Of a stretch of DNA of 64,000 nt, positions 28,373-37,019 are shown one piece after another. The notes beneath the pieces were generated by a model. That model was not told where the DNA came from. It ran no database searches and worked only from the letters and a program-made list of their open reading frames with translations. This DNA comes from Patescibacteria group bacterium. Lineage in GTDB: Bacteria; Patescibacteriota; Minisyncoccia; UBA6257; 2-01-FULL-56-20. How positions within the stretch are numbered: position 1 is the first letter of the stretch; every line of letters starts with the position of its first letter. A program made the position numbers and the translations under genes. The stretch is taken from contig JAGXBC010000003.1 in the NCBI GenBank assembly GCA_018971305.1, positions 92,325-156,324 of the forward strand, read 5' to 3'.

Positions 28373-29890
28373 TTAAAACAATTTTGATACAGGCTTAGCG
28401 TTGCTTATCATTTTTTTTGCTATCTCTATGTAGTCGGGGTTAATTTCAAAACCTATATATGATTGTCCTAATTCCCTTGCCGCGGCGCATTCTGAGCCGC
28501 TACCCACGAATGGCACCAGAACCACAGCGTTTTTTGGGGGCATAGCCGATTTAATCAATTTTGCAGATAGTTCAAATGGTTTTTGTGTGGGATGTTTGAT
28601 TATCTCGTGACCATCGTGTTTTTTCAATTGTCGTGGCTCAAAAACACCATTACATTTTTTGCATAAAAACCACCTCTCAACCATTCCGGCTCCACCAGCT
28701 AGAGCGGGGATCTTTATTACGTCCCTTGGTAGTGCGCCACCCTCGTGTGCCTTATAAACTGTTTCTAATCCGCCCTTACTAAATCTACCAATAGTACCTT
28801 TTCTTACTTTTCCGGCAGCTCCATTTAAAAATCCTTCCGTATATGGTTCTCTAACCTCATCCTTATTAAAAATCGGTTTATTTTTCCAGGCACAAATAAT
28901 TGCCTCATGACTTCTCTGCCAGAAATTTAACGATGCAACATTTTTGTTTGTGTAGTGCCAAATTAGCCAGCGTTTATTTATAGGAATTTCAACGGAAAGG
29001 TGTGCCAGAATTTCACTAAAACCATAAATAAACATAGTTCCAGTTGGCTTCATTGCTCTAATGGATTCGTTAATCCATTCCTTACACCACGCGATATATT
29101 CGTTTATTTCTCGCTTATCAATGTTATTGCCAAAGTCCTTGCCGATATTATAAGGAGGATCGATAACGACAACATCGCAACTTTCATCCGGAAGTTTTTT
29201 AAGTTCGGCTATCGCATCTCCCAATATAATTTTATTAAGTGGTAGGGTTTTATTTCTTTTTATGATAGATGTCGTTATCTCTTCGGCCCGCAACCCCTCC
29301 TCATTTTGAATAACGTCAATAACAACACCCTGGATTTTAATATCCCTATCTTTTTTAATAATAATCGGCTCATAGGCGCTATTTGCCGGTTCTAATCTAA
29401 TTTGCCCCCGCTCCTTATAGAATTTTTTAAGAGTTGCTTCGTGGTTGTCAATTAAAGCAACCACGCGTTGGCCATTTTCGGCGACTCCCTGCTGTTTTAC
29501 CAACACAATATCACCATCTTTAATATTTTCATCAATCATACTGTTGCCGGACACTCGCAAAGCAAAAAACTCTCCAGAGCGAGGGAGCTTGTTTTGAGAG
29601 ATGGCAACAGCCTCTCTTTCTTCGATCGCCTCAATTGGTTGACCAGCGGCGATGGTGCCGAGTAGAGGGATTTGGATAAGTTTTTCGGTTTTAGAAACTT
29701 CAATGCCGCGTTGTTTATTCTGTTCTTTTCGTAAATAACCACCATCCTTAAGATTTTGCAGGTGTTCGTGGATTGTTCCAACTGAACGTTTAAAGTGTTT
29801 TGCAAGTTCTGGAATAGAAGGGGAGTAGCCGTGTTTTTTGGAATAAGTTTTTATAAAATCCAGGAGCCCCTTTTGCTTTTTAGTAATCAT
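28373..29890 (-). CDS. LexA repressor fused to beta-class N4/N6 DNA methyltransferase
   Basis: LexA wHTH, IAAG cleavage site, GNSM Ser, ATLKK Lys; then IDPPYN, HPTQKP, PFVGSGS. Confidence 0.92.
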   Translation of the reverse strand: MITKKQKGLLDFIKTYSKKHGYSPSIPELAKHFKRSVGTIHEHLQNLKDGGYLRKEQNKQRGIEVSKTEKLIQIPLLGTIAAGQPIEAIEEREAVAISQNKLPRSGEFFALRVSGNSMIDENIKDGDIVLVKQQGVAENGQRVVALIDNHEATLKKFYKERGQIRLEPANSAYEPIIIKKDRDIKIQGVVIDVIQNEEGLRAEEITTSIIKRNKTLPLNKIILGDAIAELKKLPDESCDVVVIDPPYNIGKDFGNNIDKREINEYIAWCKEWINESIRAMKPTGTMFIYGFSEILAHLSVEIPINKRWLIWHYTNKNVASLNFWQRSHEAIICAWKNKPIFNKDEVREPYTEGFLNGAAGKVRKGTIGRFSKGGLETVYKAHEGGALPRDVIKIPALAGGAGMVERWFLCKKCNGVFEPRQLKKHDGHEIIKHPTQKPFELSAKLIKSAMPPKNAVVLVPFVGSGSECAAARELGQSYIGFEINPDYIEIAKKMISNAKPVSKLF

Positions 29891-30010
29891 GATATTATTA
29901 TATCAATACCGACCCGAAAGAAAACCGAAAGTTATCCACAGCCCCAGTTTGATTCTAGGACCCGTATGTTCAAAAGGTCGAACAATTAACAATAAAACGA
30001 AAAATAGTTT

Positions 30011-30196
30011 ATGGATTTTAATAACGCTAAAAAACAATTCGCAGAGAACGCTGGTATTTTTGGTAATCCCAACACAGAACCAGAAAATTATAATTTCTAT
30101 AACGGGTTAACCAATCTCGCCAGCGGTTTAGAACAACTTGAGTATGAAATGGCGGAGATAAAAAGACTGCTCGTTATGATTGTAAACAGGAGATAG
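30011..30196 (+). CDS. Small hypothetical protein
   Basis: 61-aa ORF with C-terminal coiled coil; AAAGGTCGAA leader motif. Confidence 0.55.
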   Translation: MDFNNAKKQFAENAGIFGNPNTEPENYNFYNGLTNLASGLEQLEYEMAEIKRLLVMIVNRR

Positions 30197-30257
30197 CGAG
30201 GCGGTTTTTTGGTTGACCCCCTCTTTTTTAGGAGTAAAATTTGTGCGAAAGATATTA

Positions 30258-30932
30258 ATGACAAAAACAATATATCAAGTATTTACTGATGAGTCGGGGG
30301 CTTGGAATGAGAGGGTTAATAACAAAACCACGACCTACGTTAGATGCTGGGTTAAAATTCCTTTGGGCGATAAGGCGATCAGCCTTGAGACTATATTCAA
30401 TCCCAAAAGCACAACAAAGATCGCGACATTCTTTACGTTCAGCGATTTACTAGAGTTTCGCACACGAAAAATTATTGTGCGCGAGGAGATTAATAAAGAA
30501 ATTCAGAATGTTTTTTTGCGCCTGCAAGAGGTGGTTAAAGGCTATATGCACAAGCTACCAAAAGAAATCGAAGACGCTATTAATCGAGTCTTATTCTTAT
30601 ATATTTATGAACGGTGGGCATGGGAAGACGCGAAACAAAGAGGGGTGTTTGAAGACTGTGTCGAGATTTTTATACATAAACCTCAATTTACAAAAGCGGA
30701 TTACCAAGAGCTTTTTAGAATTTTAGATATTAACCAAGGAAAATATAGTTTTATAAAAGGAGATGGCCTTGCCGGAATAAAAATTGCAGATGGTCTTGCT
30801 AGAACATTACGACGCGTGCCCACCTCTGATTTTCAAAAAGAAGGACAACTTAGAAATTTGAAATTGGTTCTGCAGAAAAACACTATTGAATTAGGAAATA
30901 TAGTAAAGGGAATCGATAAGGTTTTTCTTTAA
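30258..30932 (+). CDS. DUF3800-like (RNase H fold) protein
   Basis: N-terminal VFTDESG and C-terminal GIKIADGLA motifs. Confidence 0.55.
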   Translation: MTKTIYQVFTDESGAWNERVNNKTTTYVRCWVKIPLGDKAISLETIFNPKSTTKIATFFTFSDLLEFRTRKIIVREEINKEIQNVFLRLQEVVKGYMHKLPKEIEDAINRVLFLYIYERWAWEDAKQRGVFEDCVEIFIHKPQFTKADYQELFRILDINQGKYSFIKGDGLAGIKIADGLARTLRRVPTSDFQKEGQLRNLKLVLQKNTIELGNIVKGIDKVFL

Positions 30933-31017
30933 TAGAAAACTTGAAAGTGATAAAACATGGAAAAGAAAATTTCGCGAGAAACTTCTTACATGATTTCCAG
31001 TATGAAGGTATAAATTT

Positions 31018-31206
31018 ATGGAAACAATAGTAAAAATTGTTATTGCAATTGGCGCATCATTTTTGCTTTGGAAGCCTTTTAAATGGCTTATTGGAGCAGC
31101 ATTTGAGAATGCAAAATCACGTATCGCTTCTTTGGTTGGAGGAATTGTTGTGGTTATTATCGTTGCCATCTTTATTGCATTAATCGGTTGGCTCTTGAAA
31201 TATTAG
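31018..31206 (+). CDS. Small membrane protein
   Basis: Two hydrophobic helices. Confidence 0.5.
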   Translation: METIVKIVIAIGASFLLWKPFKWLIGAAFENAKSRIASLVGGIVVVIIVAIFIALIGWLLKY

Positions 31207-31253
31207 TTTTCAAAATCCCCCTAAAAAAAACGGCGGGTTTTATTTTATACCAT

Positions 31254-31568
31254 CTAATCCGTCCCAAATAGCGCCCAAAATTTTTTCCAACCGTTCAATT
31301 CTTTAATATTTTGTTTTTCAGTTTCCTTTTCGTCCACCGCTATAAAGAAAACATCTTTGACGAGCTCCTTGTCCCAACCGCGCTGCATGAGCCATTTGGA
31401 AAAATCGCAGAGGATTTCGGCGTGCGGTTCTATCTTGTCGTCCAAAAGAGTCCGCCATGGTAGTTCGTTGCGTTTATTTTTCCCCAGACGCGTATCAAAA
31501 TGAAACTCCAAAAGTTCATTGAACAATTCTTTCTTAAACCTTTCCCTTTCGTTCGCCTTATCGGACAT
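31254..31568 (-). CDS. Hypothetical protein
   Basis: 104-aa ORF with protein-like composition. Confidence 0.55.
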   Translation of the reverse strand: MSDKANERERFKKELFNELLEFHFDTRLGKNKRNELPWRTLLDDKIEPHAEILCDFSKWLMQRGWDKELVKDVFFIAVDEKETEKQNIKELNGWKKFWALFGTD

Positions 31569-31622
31569 ATAAAAATTATAACTCCACCCCCGCCCCGCGA
31601 GAAGCGGGCTTTTTGACGACCC

Positions 31623-31657
31623 TTGACATACATAATGATATAAGCATATACTTATAT
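31623..31657 (+). promoter_or_regulatory. Promoter and inverted-repeat operator of the ArsR gene
   Basis: TTGACA-18-TATACT; ATATAAG-N6-CTTATAT (31638-31657) overlaps the -10. Confidence 0.7.
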
Positions 31658-31658
31658 T

Positions 31659-31946
31659 ATGTCAGATTTATGCAATGAAATAGAACGATTCGGCAAAAGC
31701 ATTGGCAGCGTTCCCCGCTACCGCATCGTTGAAGCCCTGCTTAAAGGGCGGAAAACAGTGGGCGAGCTTGTTAAGATAGTAAAGCTTTCGCAGCCGGCAG
31801 TTTCTCAGCATTTAAAAACGCTCCGGGCCTCAAATCTCGTTATAGATGAAAAAAGGGGACAGGAAGTGTTTTATACCGTGGACGGCGAATACATGCTTGA
31901 GCTTTTGAAAAATTTAACGGCTGAAATAAAGAAACCTAAGAAATAA
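31659..31946 (+). CDS. ArsR/SmtB family transcriptional regulator
   Basis: R..IVEAL, TVGEL, LSQPAVSQHLKTL, RGQEVFY. Confidence 0.92.
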   Translation: MSDLCNEIERFGKSIGSVPRYRIVEALLKGRKTVGELVKIVKLSQPAVSQHLKTLRASNLVIDEKRGQEVFYTVDGEYMLELLKNLTAEIKKPKK

Positions 31947-31957
31947 TTTTTTAATTT

Positions 31958-32575
31958 ATGGATTATAACAAATTGGCAACTAAGGAAAGCGTCAGCAGAA
32001 CCTCTGCGGCTCTGTCTGCCAAAAAGTATGAGGTTACCATCGCGCAAAATGGCGCCGAGGCCTTGCAAAAGATAAAGGAATTGATTCCCAAAGGAACGTC
32101 AATTATGAACGGCGCCTCGGTCACCTTGGAAAAGATAGGTTTCGTGGATTATCTCAAATCCAACGAACACGGCTGGAACAACCTGCATGAAAATATTTTG
32201 GCAGAGAAAAATCCGGCAAAGCAGGCGCTGCTTAGAAAGCAGGCCGTGCTTTCCGATTATTATTTGGGAAGTGCTCACGCTCTCACGGAAAACGGCGAGT
32301 TTATTATCGCTTCCAATAGCGGCAGCCAGTTGCCGCACATAGTTTTTACGTCTCCCAATCTTATATTCGTGGTGAGTACAAAAAAGATAGTGCCGACCCT
32401 AGAAGACGCGATGAAGCGGTTGGACGAGCACGTGATTCCCTTGGAGGACAAGCACATGCAAGAGAAATACGGAGTGGGAACCGCTCCCAATAAGATAGTT
32501 ATCTTCAAGGGCGAAAACGTTATGCTCGGCAGAAAAGTTCACCTGATTTTGGTTAACGAGAATTTGGGATTCTGA
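31958..32575 (+). CDS. LUD-domain (lactate utilisation C-like) protein
   Basis: GASVTL..IG, SAHALTENGE..ASNSGSQL, ILVNENLGF. Confidence 0.85.
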   Translation: MDYNKLATKESVSRTSAALSAKKYEVTIAQNGAEALQKIKELIPKGTSIMNGASVTLEKIGFVDYLKSNEHGWNNLHENILAEKNPAKQALLRKQAVLSDYYLGSAHALTENGEFIIASNSGSQLPHIVFTSPNLIFVVSTKKIVPTLEDAMKRLDEHVIPLEDKHMQEKYGVGTAPNKIVIFKGENVMLGRKVHLILVNENLGF

Positions 32576-32724
32576 AGCTGTAGAACACAATCTCTCTACG
32601 CTTCGCAAGAAGCTGGCTCAAAAAATTTCAACGGACGGGAAAAGTTAACCCCGCCATTATTTGACTTTTTTCTGATTTTATTATAAAAAAGGGACAGTTC
32701 GTTTGTCAGAGAGGAGATCCTTAT

Positions 32725-34008
32725 ATGTCATACAGAGAGTTTCTGCGGATACTTTGGAGGTCAGCGATTGTAGCATTGATTATCTATTTCATCTTTCTTT
32801 TGCTGCGAAACGCTGGCTCTTCCCACAGCACGATTAATCAGGATAGTCAGATATATTACTATGCCGACTTTCTTTTTGTGGACGACCCTCCGCCGTTGGA
32901 TGACAAACAGAGCGACAGTGAAAAAGAATTTCACTCGTTCGTTTTCTTCCTGAGAGACGTTAGCCAAAATGAGCACCCCTTGCACAGAATAGATTTCTTA
33001 AAAAACTTAACCGATGACTACCGTTCGGAGGTAAAAACATTTCAGGAAAAGACCGGAAACAATCCGGAGCTTATGTACACATTGCTCTTCGATAAATCGA
33101 AGATCATTGACCTTATTCTGCGAGAGGAAAAGGAAAGGGATAGAAGAATCGCATCTTTACGTCCCGCGCCGAGTTTGGTCTACGTATTCTTCTTTTTTCA
33201 GGTCATAAGTATCGGTTGGCTGATTCTATGGTGGGCCACTGTCGGAAGCTGGAATGTTTTCCGCTTTCCTTATCGAGCGTGGTGGTTCTACGTTTACTTG
33301 GCCTTCATGCTCCCGTGTTCACTTGCCTTGATAGCATCGGTCGCATGCGGCGAGCTTGTTTTCTTTGTTATCCACATGATAGAGGCCAAACGAGATAGAT
33401 TCCGCACTGGGCTTAAAAAGCTGGCAGTCCGTCTCAAAATTGTAAGAGAATACGACGATTTGTGCGCTAATATCAATAAAAATCGCGCCAAGCACAAGGA
33501 TGCCTGGATTAGTTCCTTTGGTAGTAAACGAATATCCGTCAAGATTACACAAGAGAACGTTGTTCTTGAAGAACTTGGCAGGAATCTTCGCGCCAGGGAA
33601 AAGGAATTGCAAACGATGCAGCGCGACTATTTTGCGAAGAGGGAATTTATCAAACGCCTAAAAAAAATTCCGAATATGACCGAGCGGCTGGCAGAGGAAT
33701 TTGACGAACTGTCCCGCAATCCATTAGTGAAAGCGCTTGAGGTGAAAGACGATTGCCTGGTGGTCTACACAGACGCTATTTTTGGGAGCAGGGGAACCGT
33801 TGGACCTTTCCGTATAGACATTTCACCTACCGAAAGCACAAAAAGGGTGTCCTTTGCGGCTAAGTGGTCGAGGAAACATCCCACCGGAGACGGAACAGAC
33901 GGTCCTTACTGTTTCGGTAATGCGAACGAATTGATTGATAAACTACTTGAAGAATATCGCATTGCCGAGGGAGTTGGCCTGATGTTGAAAGCATTCCAAT
34001 CCAATTAA
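32725..34008 (+). CDS. Multi-pass membrane, coiled-coil protein with C-terminal prokaryotic E2-like (UBC) domain
   Basis: About 3 TM segments, coiled coil, then GPFRIDIS...KHPTG...PYCFGN followed by helices; first gene of a JAB/E1/Ubl operon. Confidence 0.65.
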   Translation: MSYREFLRILWRSAIVALIIYFIFLLLRNAGSSHSTINQDSQIYYYADFLFVDDPPPLDDKQSDSEKEFHSFVFFLRDVSQNEHPLHRIDFLKNLTDDYRSEVKTFQEKTGNNPELMYTLLFDKSKIIDLILREEKERDRRIASLRPAPSLVYVFFFFQVISIGWLILWWATVGSWNVFRFPYRAWWFYVYLAFMLPCSLALIASVACGELVFFVIHMIEAKRDRFRTGLKKLAVRLKIVREYDDLCANINKNRAKHKDAWISSFGSKRISVKITQENVVLEELGRNLRAREKELQTMQRDYFAKREFIKRLKKIPNMTERLAEEFDELSRNPLVKALEVKDDCLVVYTDAIFGSRGTVGPFRIDISPTESTKRVSFAAKWSRKHPTGDGTDGPYCFGNANELIDKLLEEYRIAEGVGLMLKAFQSN

Positions 34009-34019
34009 AGGAGGATAAA

Positions 34020-34673
34020 ATGCATAAAAGAAATATCCCGCTGTGCCTACCATTAAAAACGTTGAGTCCGGAAGCGGCCTTGATATCCTATCCGAATGCA
34101 ATACGACTGCTACCCAAGCTTGTCTTGGCGAGTGATGTGTTCCGGCAACTTTCCTGCTATTACCGTTCGATACGATGCGAATTCCAACTGATGGGATTCG
34201 TGGAGCGCGAAGATGAGAACGTTTTTCGCGTGACAGAACTCGCAATCAATCCTCAATACGTGGGAATAACCCATGCCGATAACGACACGCTGATGTTTTC
34301 TGATTTTCTCCGAGAACTTGAGTTACGGGGAAAAGATATCGGCAATCTGCGTCTGCAGGCTCATTCACACGGTATGCTGGAATCGTATTTTTCCTGCAGA
34401 GACGTGGATACGATCTGTGATTCTTACGCTTGCGACTGGATGATCTCGATGGTGGGGAACATCCGGCTTGATTTGAAGGCGCGGCTAGATATATTCGAGC
34501 CCGTGCCGTTAAGCATTTCATTGCCAATATTCGTGGAGTCTTCTTTGTCGGAAATTAATGCCCCAGTTGTTTCCGTGGAAGAAAAGAGTGCCGAAGAAGC
34601 TGCATGGCTTATGCAGCTGCTGAAACAGATGAGGCCAGGTATGGAAGTAGCGGGGGAGGTGTTCCATGGCTGA
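34020..34673 (+). CDS. JAB/MPN+ (JAMM) metallopeptidase
   Basis: E(FQLMG)...HSHGMLESYFSCRD = E..HxH..S..D; AAAGGAGG SD. Confidence 0.88.
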   Translation: MHKRNIPLCLPLKTLSPEAALISYPNAIRLLPKLVLASDVFRQLSCYYRSIRCEFQLMGFVEREDENVFRVTELAINPQYVGITHADNDTLMFSDFLRELELRGKDIGNLRLQAHSHGMLESYFSCRDVDTICDSYACDWMISMVGNIRLDLKARLDIFEPVPLSISLPIFVESSLSEINAPVVSVEEKSAEEAAWLMQLLKQMRPGMEVAGEVFHG

Positions 34674-35364
34674 TTTTCTAAGACAGCTAGATATCATTGA
34701 TCCAAAGAAATTGGTATATCCCGTAACTTGTATCGGATTGGGCGGTATCGGAAGTTTTACGGCAGCAGCTCTTCGCAAGATCGGTTTCCAAAAATTCATT
34801 CTCTATGATGGTGATGTGGTGGAGGCCCATAACATACCTTCGCAAAATTTTCCGTGGGAAAGCGAGGGCTCAACCAAGGTTTCCGCGACAGAGAAAGTGT
34901 TGCGTGAATCACTGGACTCCGAAGTGGAGATTACCGCCTATGATCGCAGGTTTACCGAAAATGACCATCTTGAAGGAATTGTCGTTGCCGGTGTGGACAG
35001 TATGTCTTCACGGCAGGCAATCTGGAAAGCCGTGCAAAACAACCGAGCGCTTGTCCCGCTTTTCTTAGACGGCCGCATCGGGGTTGAGTGGGACGAAAAA
35101 GAGCGCAAGGTCAAAGGAGAATGGATAGAGGTTTTTAGTTTGAACCCTTCATCGTTTTCCGACATTGAGCTTTACGAGTCGCATCTTTTCCCCGAAGAAG
35201 AAGCCGCCGCTCTGCATTGTACTGCGCAGGCGGTGATCTACATCGGCTACTTCATTGCGGCGTTCATAAGCTCAAGCATTCGCAAGTGGGCTTGTGGCGA
35301 AGAGATTCATCGCTATTTGCTTTATGACGCTTTGACTTCTGACATAATCAGTGCTATAAAGTAA
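34666..35364 (+). CDS. ThiF/E1-like Ubl-activating enzyme
   Basis: RQ, IGLGGIGS, DGDVVEAHNIPSQ, K, GVDS..SR, DGR; candidate catalytic Cys in LHCTAQA; overlaps the JAB stop. Confidence 0.92.
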   Translation: MADFLRQLDIIDPKKLVYPVTCIGLGGIGSFTAAALRKIGFQKFILYDGDVVEAHNIPSQNFPWESEGSTKVSATEKVLRESLDSEVEITAYDRRFTENDHLEGIVVAGVDSMSSRQAIWKAVQNNRALVPLFLDGRIGVEWDEKERKVKGEWIEVFSLNPSSFSDIELYESHLFPEEEAAALHCTAQAVIYIGYFIAAFISSSIRKWACGEEIHRYLLYDALTSDIISAIK

Positions 35365-35409
35365 CAGACTCCAGGTAGTAAAATTTCGGAAAAAAAAGGG
35401 GGTGATACT

Positions 35410-35622
35410 ATGGTGCACGTAAGATCCGCAGGTGTTTCCGAGGATCTCCCGTTCCGTGAGGGTATGACCGCTCAGGACGCCTTAAGAGAAGCTGGCGTTC
35501 GGAAAGGTCTCTTCCAAGCCAACCCACAGATCTTGGTTGGCCCGGATGTCGCCAATGGGGCGCAACTCCTCAAGGACGAAGACACGGTGACCGTGTCTCC
35601 AAAGATCAAAAATGGCGGCTAA
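35410..35622 (+). CDS. Ubiquitin-like (beta-grasp, ThiS/MoaD-like) protein with C-terminal Gly-Gly
   Basis: 70 aa; GMTAQDALREAG helix, LKDEDTVTVSPKIKNGG*; SD present. Confidence 0.88.
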   Translation: MVHVRSAGVSEDLPFREGMTAQDALREAGVRKGLFQANPQILVGPDVANGAQLLKDEDTVTVSPKIKNGG

Positions 35623-35636
35623 AGCCGCCCAACAAT

Positions 35637-35688
35637 GGATGGGGGAAGAACGCACAAAGCGATTTGACCCCCATCCTAATTTTTTTTA
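35637..35688 (+). terminator. Terminator closing the Ubl operon
   Basis: GGATGGGGG...CCCCCATCC stem followed by TAATTTTTTTT. Confidence 0.65.
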
Positions 35689-35791
35689 TATTCCCTCACT
35701 TCCGTCCGTAGACCGGTAAACCAACCTGTACCCGAACCGCCGAAAGGAAAATTCCGGCTGGCAGTCCGAGGGCGATTCGGGGCGTATCGTT

Positions 35792-36178
35792 CTACAACTT
35801 TCCCTTCTTTTCGTATTTGTGATCTTCGTTGTATTTTTCCAGGACCGTTTTGATGCTTTGGAGATGGGCTTCAACCCGGTGTAATTTAAATCTAAGCATT
35901 TCCTCCCTGTGTTTTGCGGATATCCTTGTGGTTGTTTTTAAAAATTGGGCATACCAGCCCCTCTCTTTGTCCAGAAGCGCTTCTTCTTTATAAAAACCCC
36001 ACGCCGAAGACGCCCACTCCGGTAGGTTGTTAATGTCTTCCTCGCGCGCGGTCAGTTCCTGAAGGAGATTTCTGATATTCTCCTCTATTTTATCCGTATC
36101 CTCCTCTTTTTTCTCCAGTTCAATAAGTTGTATTTGTTCCGGTTCGGATTTTTCCTGATTTTTTCCTGATTCTGTCAT
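35792..36178 (-). CDS. Hypothetical charged/coiled-coil protein
   Basis: Likely start ATG 36178 (MTESGK), TATAAT 7 nt upstream. Confidence 0.55.
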   Translation of the reverse strand: MTESGKNQEKSEPEQIQLIELEKKEEDTDKIEENIRNLLQELTAREEDINNLPEWASSAWGFYKEEALLDKERGWYAQFLKTTTRISAKHREEMLRFKLHRVEAHLQSIKTVLEKYNEDHKYEKKGKL

Positions 36179-36309
36179 CGGTTTGATTATAGCAAAAAAT
36201 CGCGCTTTGACAGACTCTCTAAAGGGATTAAGATGATGACATGAAATCATTGGAAGAGACTATGCCTGCGGAAAATAATTGATCGGTTCGTAAGGAAAGT
36301 GAGGGAAAA

Positions 36310-36693
36310 ATGGAAGAATTGTTTCTCCGGCTTTTAGAATTAAAACCGAGCGATGAAGAGCTTGTTCGATTTGTGACGGTGGACGTGAACAGCCCGATAT
36401 TTACAGAATTGGTCTGACAAGAGATACAAAAGCGCCACCTTAATGGCAGCGAAGAAGACAACGGACAACTTTTGCAATTGGCGGAGAAAATTCGTGAGTT
36501 GAGATCGAATAAAACAAAGCATGAGGATGCGAAGCGGACTGGATGGCACCAAGCCGGAAACATGTTGGGGGATATTCGCGCTTTCCAAAAGTTGCAGGAA
36601 AAACACGACGATAGTTTAAGCAACGTGAAAAAACGGACAGGCAGCGAAGAGAAAGAGATCCGGAATATCCTCGGTCAAGTTAAAAAACTTTAG
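36310..36693 (+). pseudogene. Hypothetical gene with one in-frame TGA (36415-36417)
   Basis: GAGGG SD + ATG 36310; MEELFLRLL...TELV*QEIQKR continues in frame into ORF 36472-36693. Confidence 0.55.
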
Positions 36694-36726
36694 CCGTTCC
36701 GTTTGGGCTATGGTATAATTCTGTCT

Positions 36727-37002
36727 ATGGAGGTGCTAATATTCGCTCAGACATTGTATTATTTCGTAGTTTCTCTCGCCATAATAGTACTCGGCGCCTT
36801 GTTTACGATTATCACATACCACCTAATTCATATTACAAAGCATTTACAAAACATTTCCGATAACCTTAACGACACCTCGGATGAATTAAAAAAGCGGATT
36901 GAAGAAGTTATTGAGCGGCTTGCTTCACTCCCGATACTCTCATATTTTTTAAAGAAAGACGACGGTCACGAGTCGCATTCGTCTCGTAAAAAAAGGTCGT
37001 AG
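36727..37002 (+). CDS. Small membrane protein (DUF948/YoxC-like)
   Basis: N-terminal TM + coiled coil, upstream of a YtxH-like gene. Confidence 0.55.
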   Translation: MEVLIFAQTLYYFVVSLAIIVLGALFTIITYHLIHITKHLQNISDNLNDTSDELKKRIEEVIERLASLPILSYFLKKDDGHESHSSRKKRS

Positions 37003-37019
37003 CATAATATTGTATAAAC

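Noticed and set aside
29932-29940. oriC suggested by the DnaA box
   Set aside because: Single box, no cluster and no dnaA/dnaN in the window
34666-35622. ThiF + ThiS/MoaD as thiamine or molybdopterin biosynthesis
   Set aside because: No thiG/moaE/sulfurtransferase nearby, and the operon includes JAB and an E2-like protein; conjugation fits better, though sulfur transfer is not formally excluded
36415-36417. TGA recoding (genetic code 25) as in Gracilibacteria/Absconditabacteria
   Set aside because: Conserved genes such as nusB, greA and the ABC exporter end at TGA, and long genes have no internal TGA
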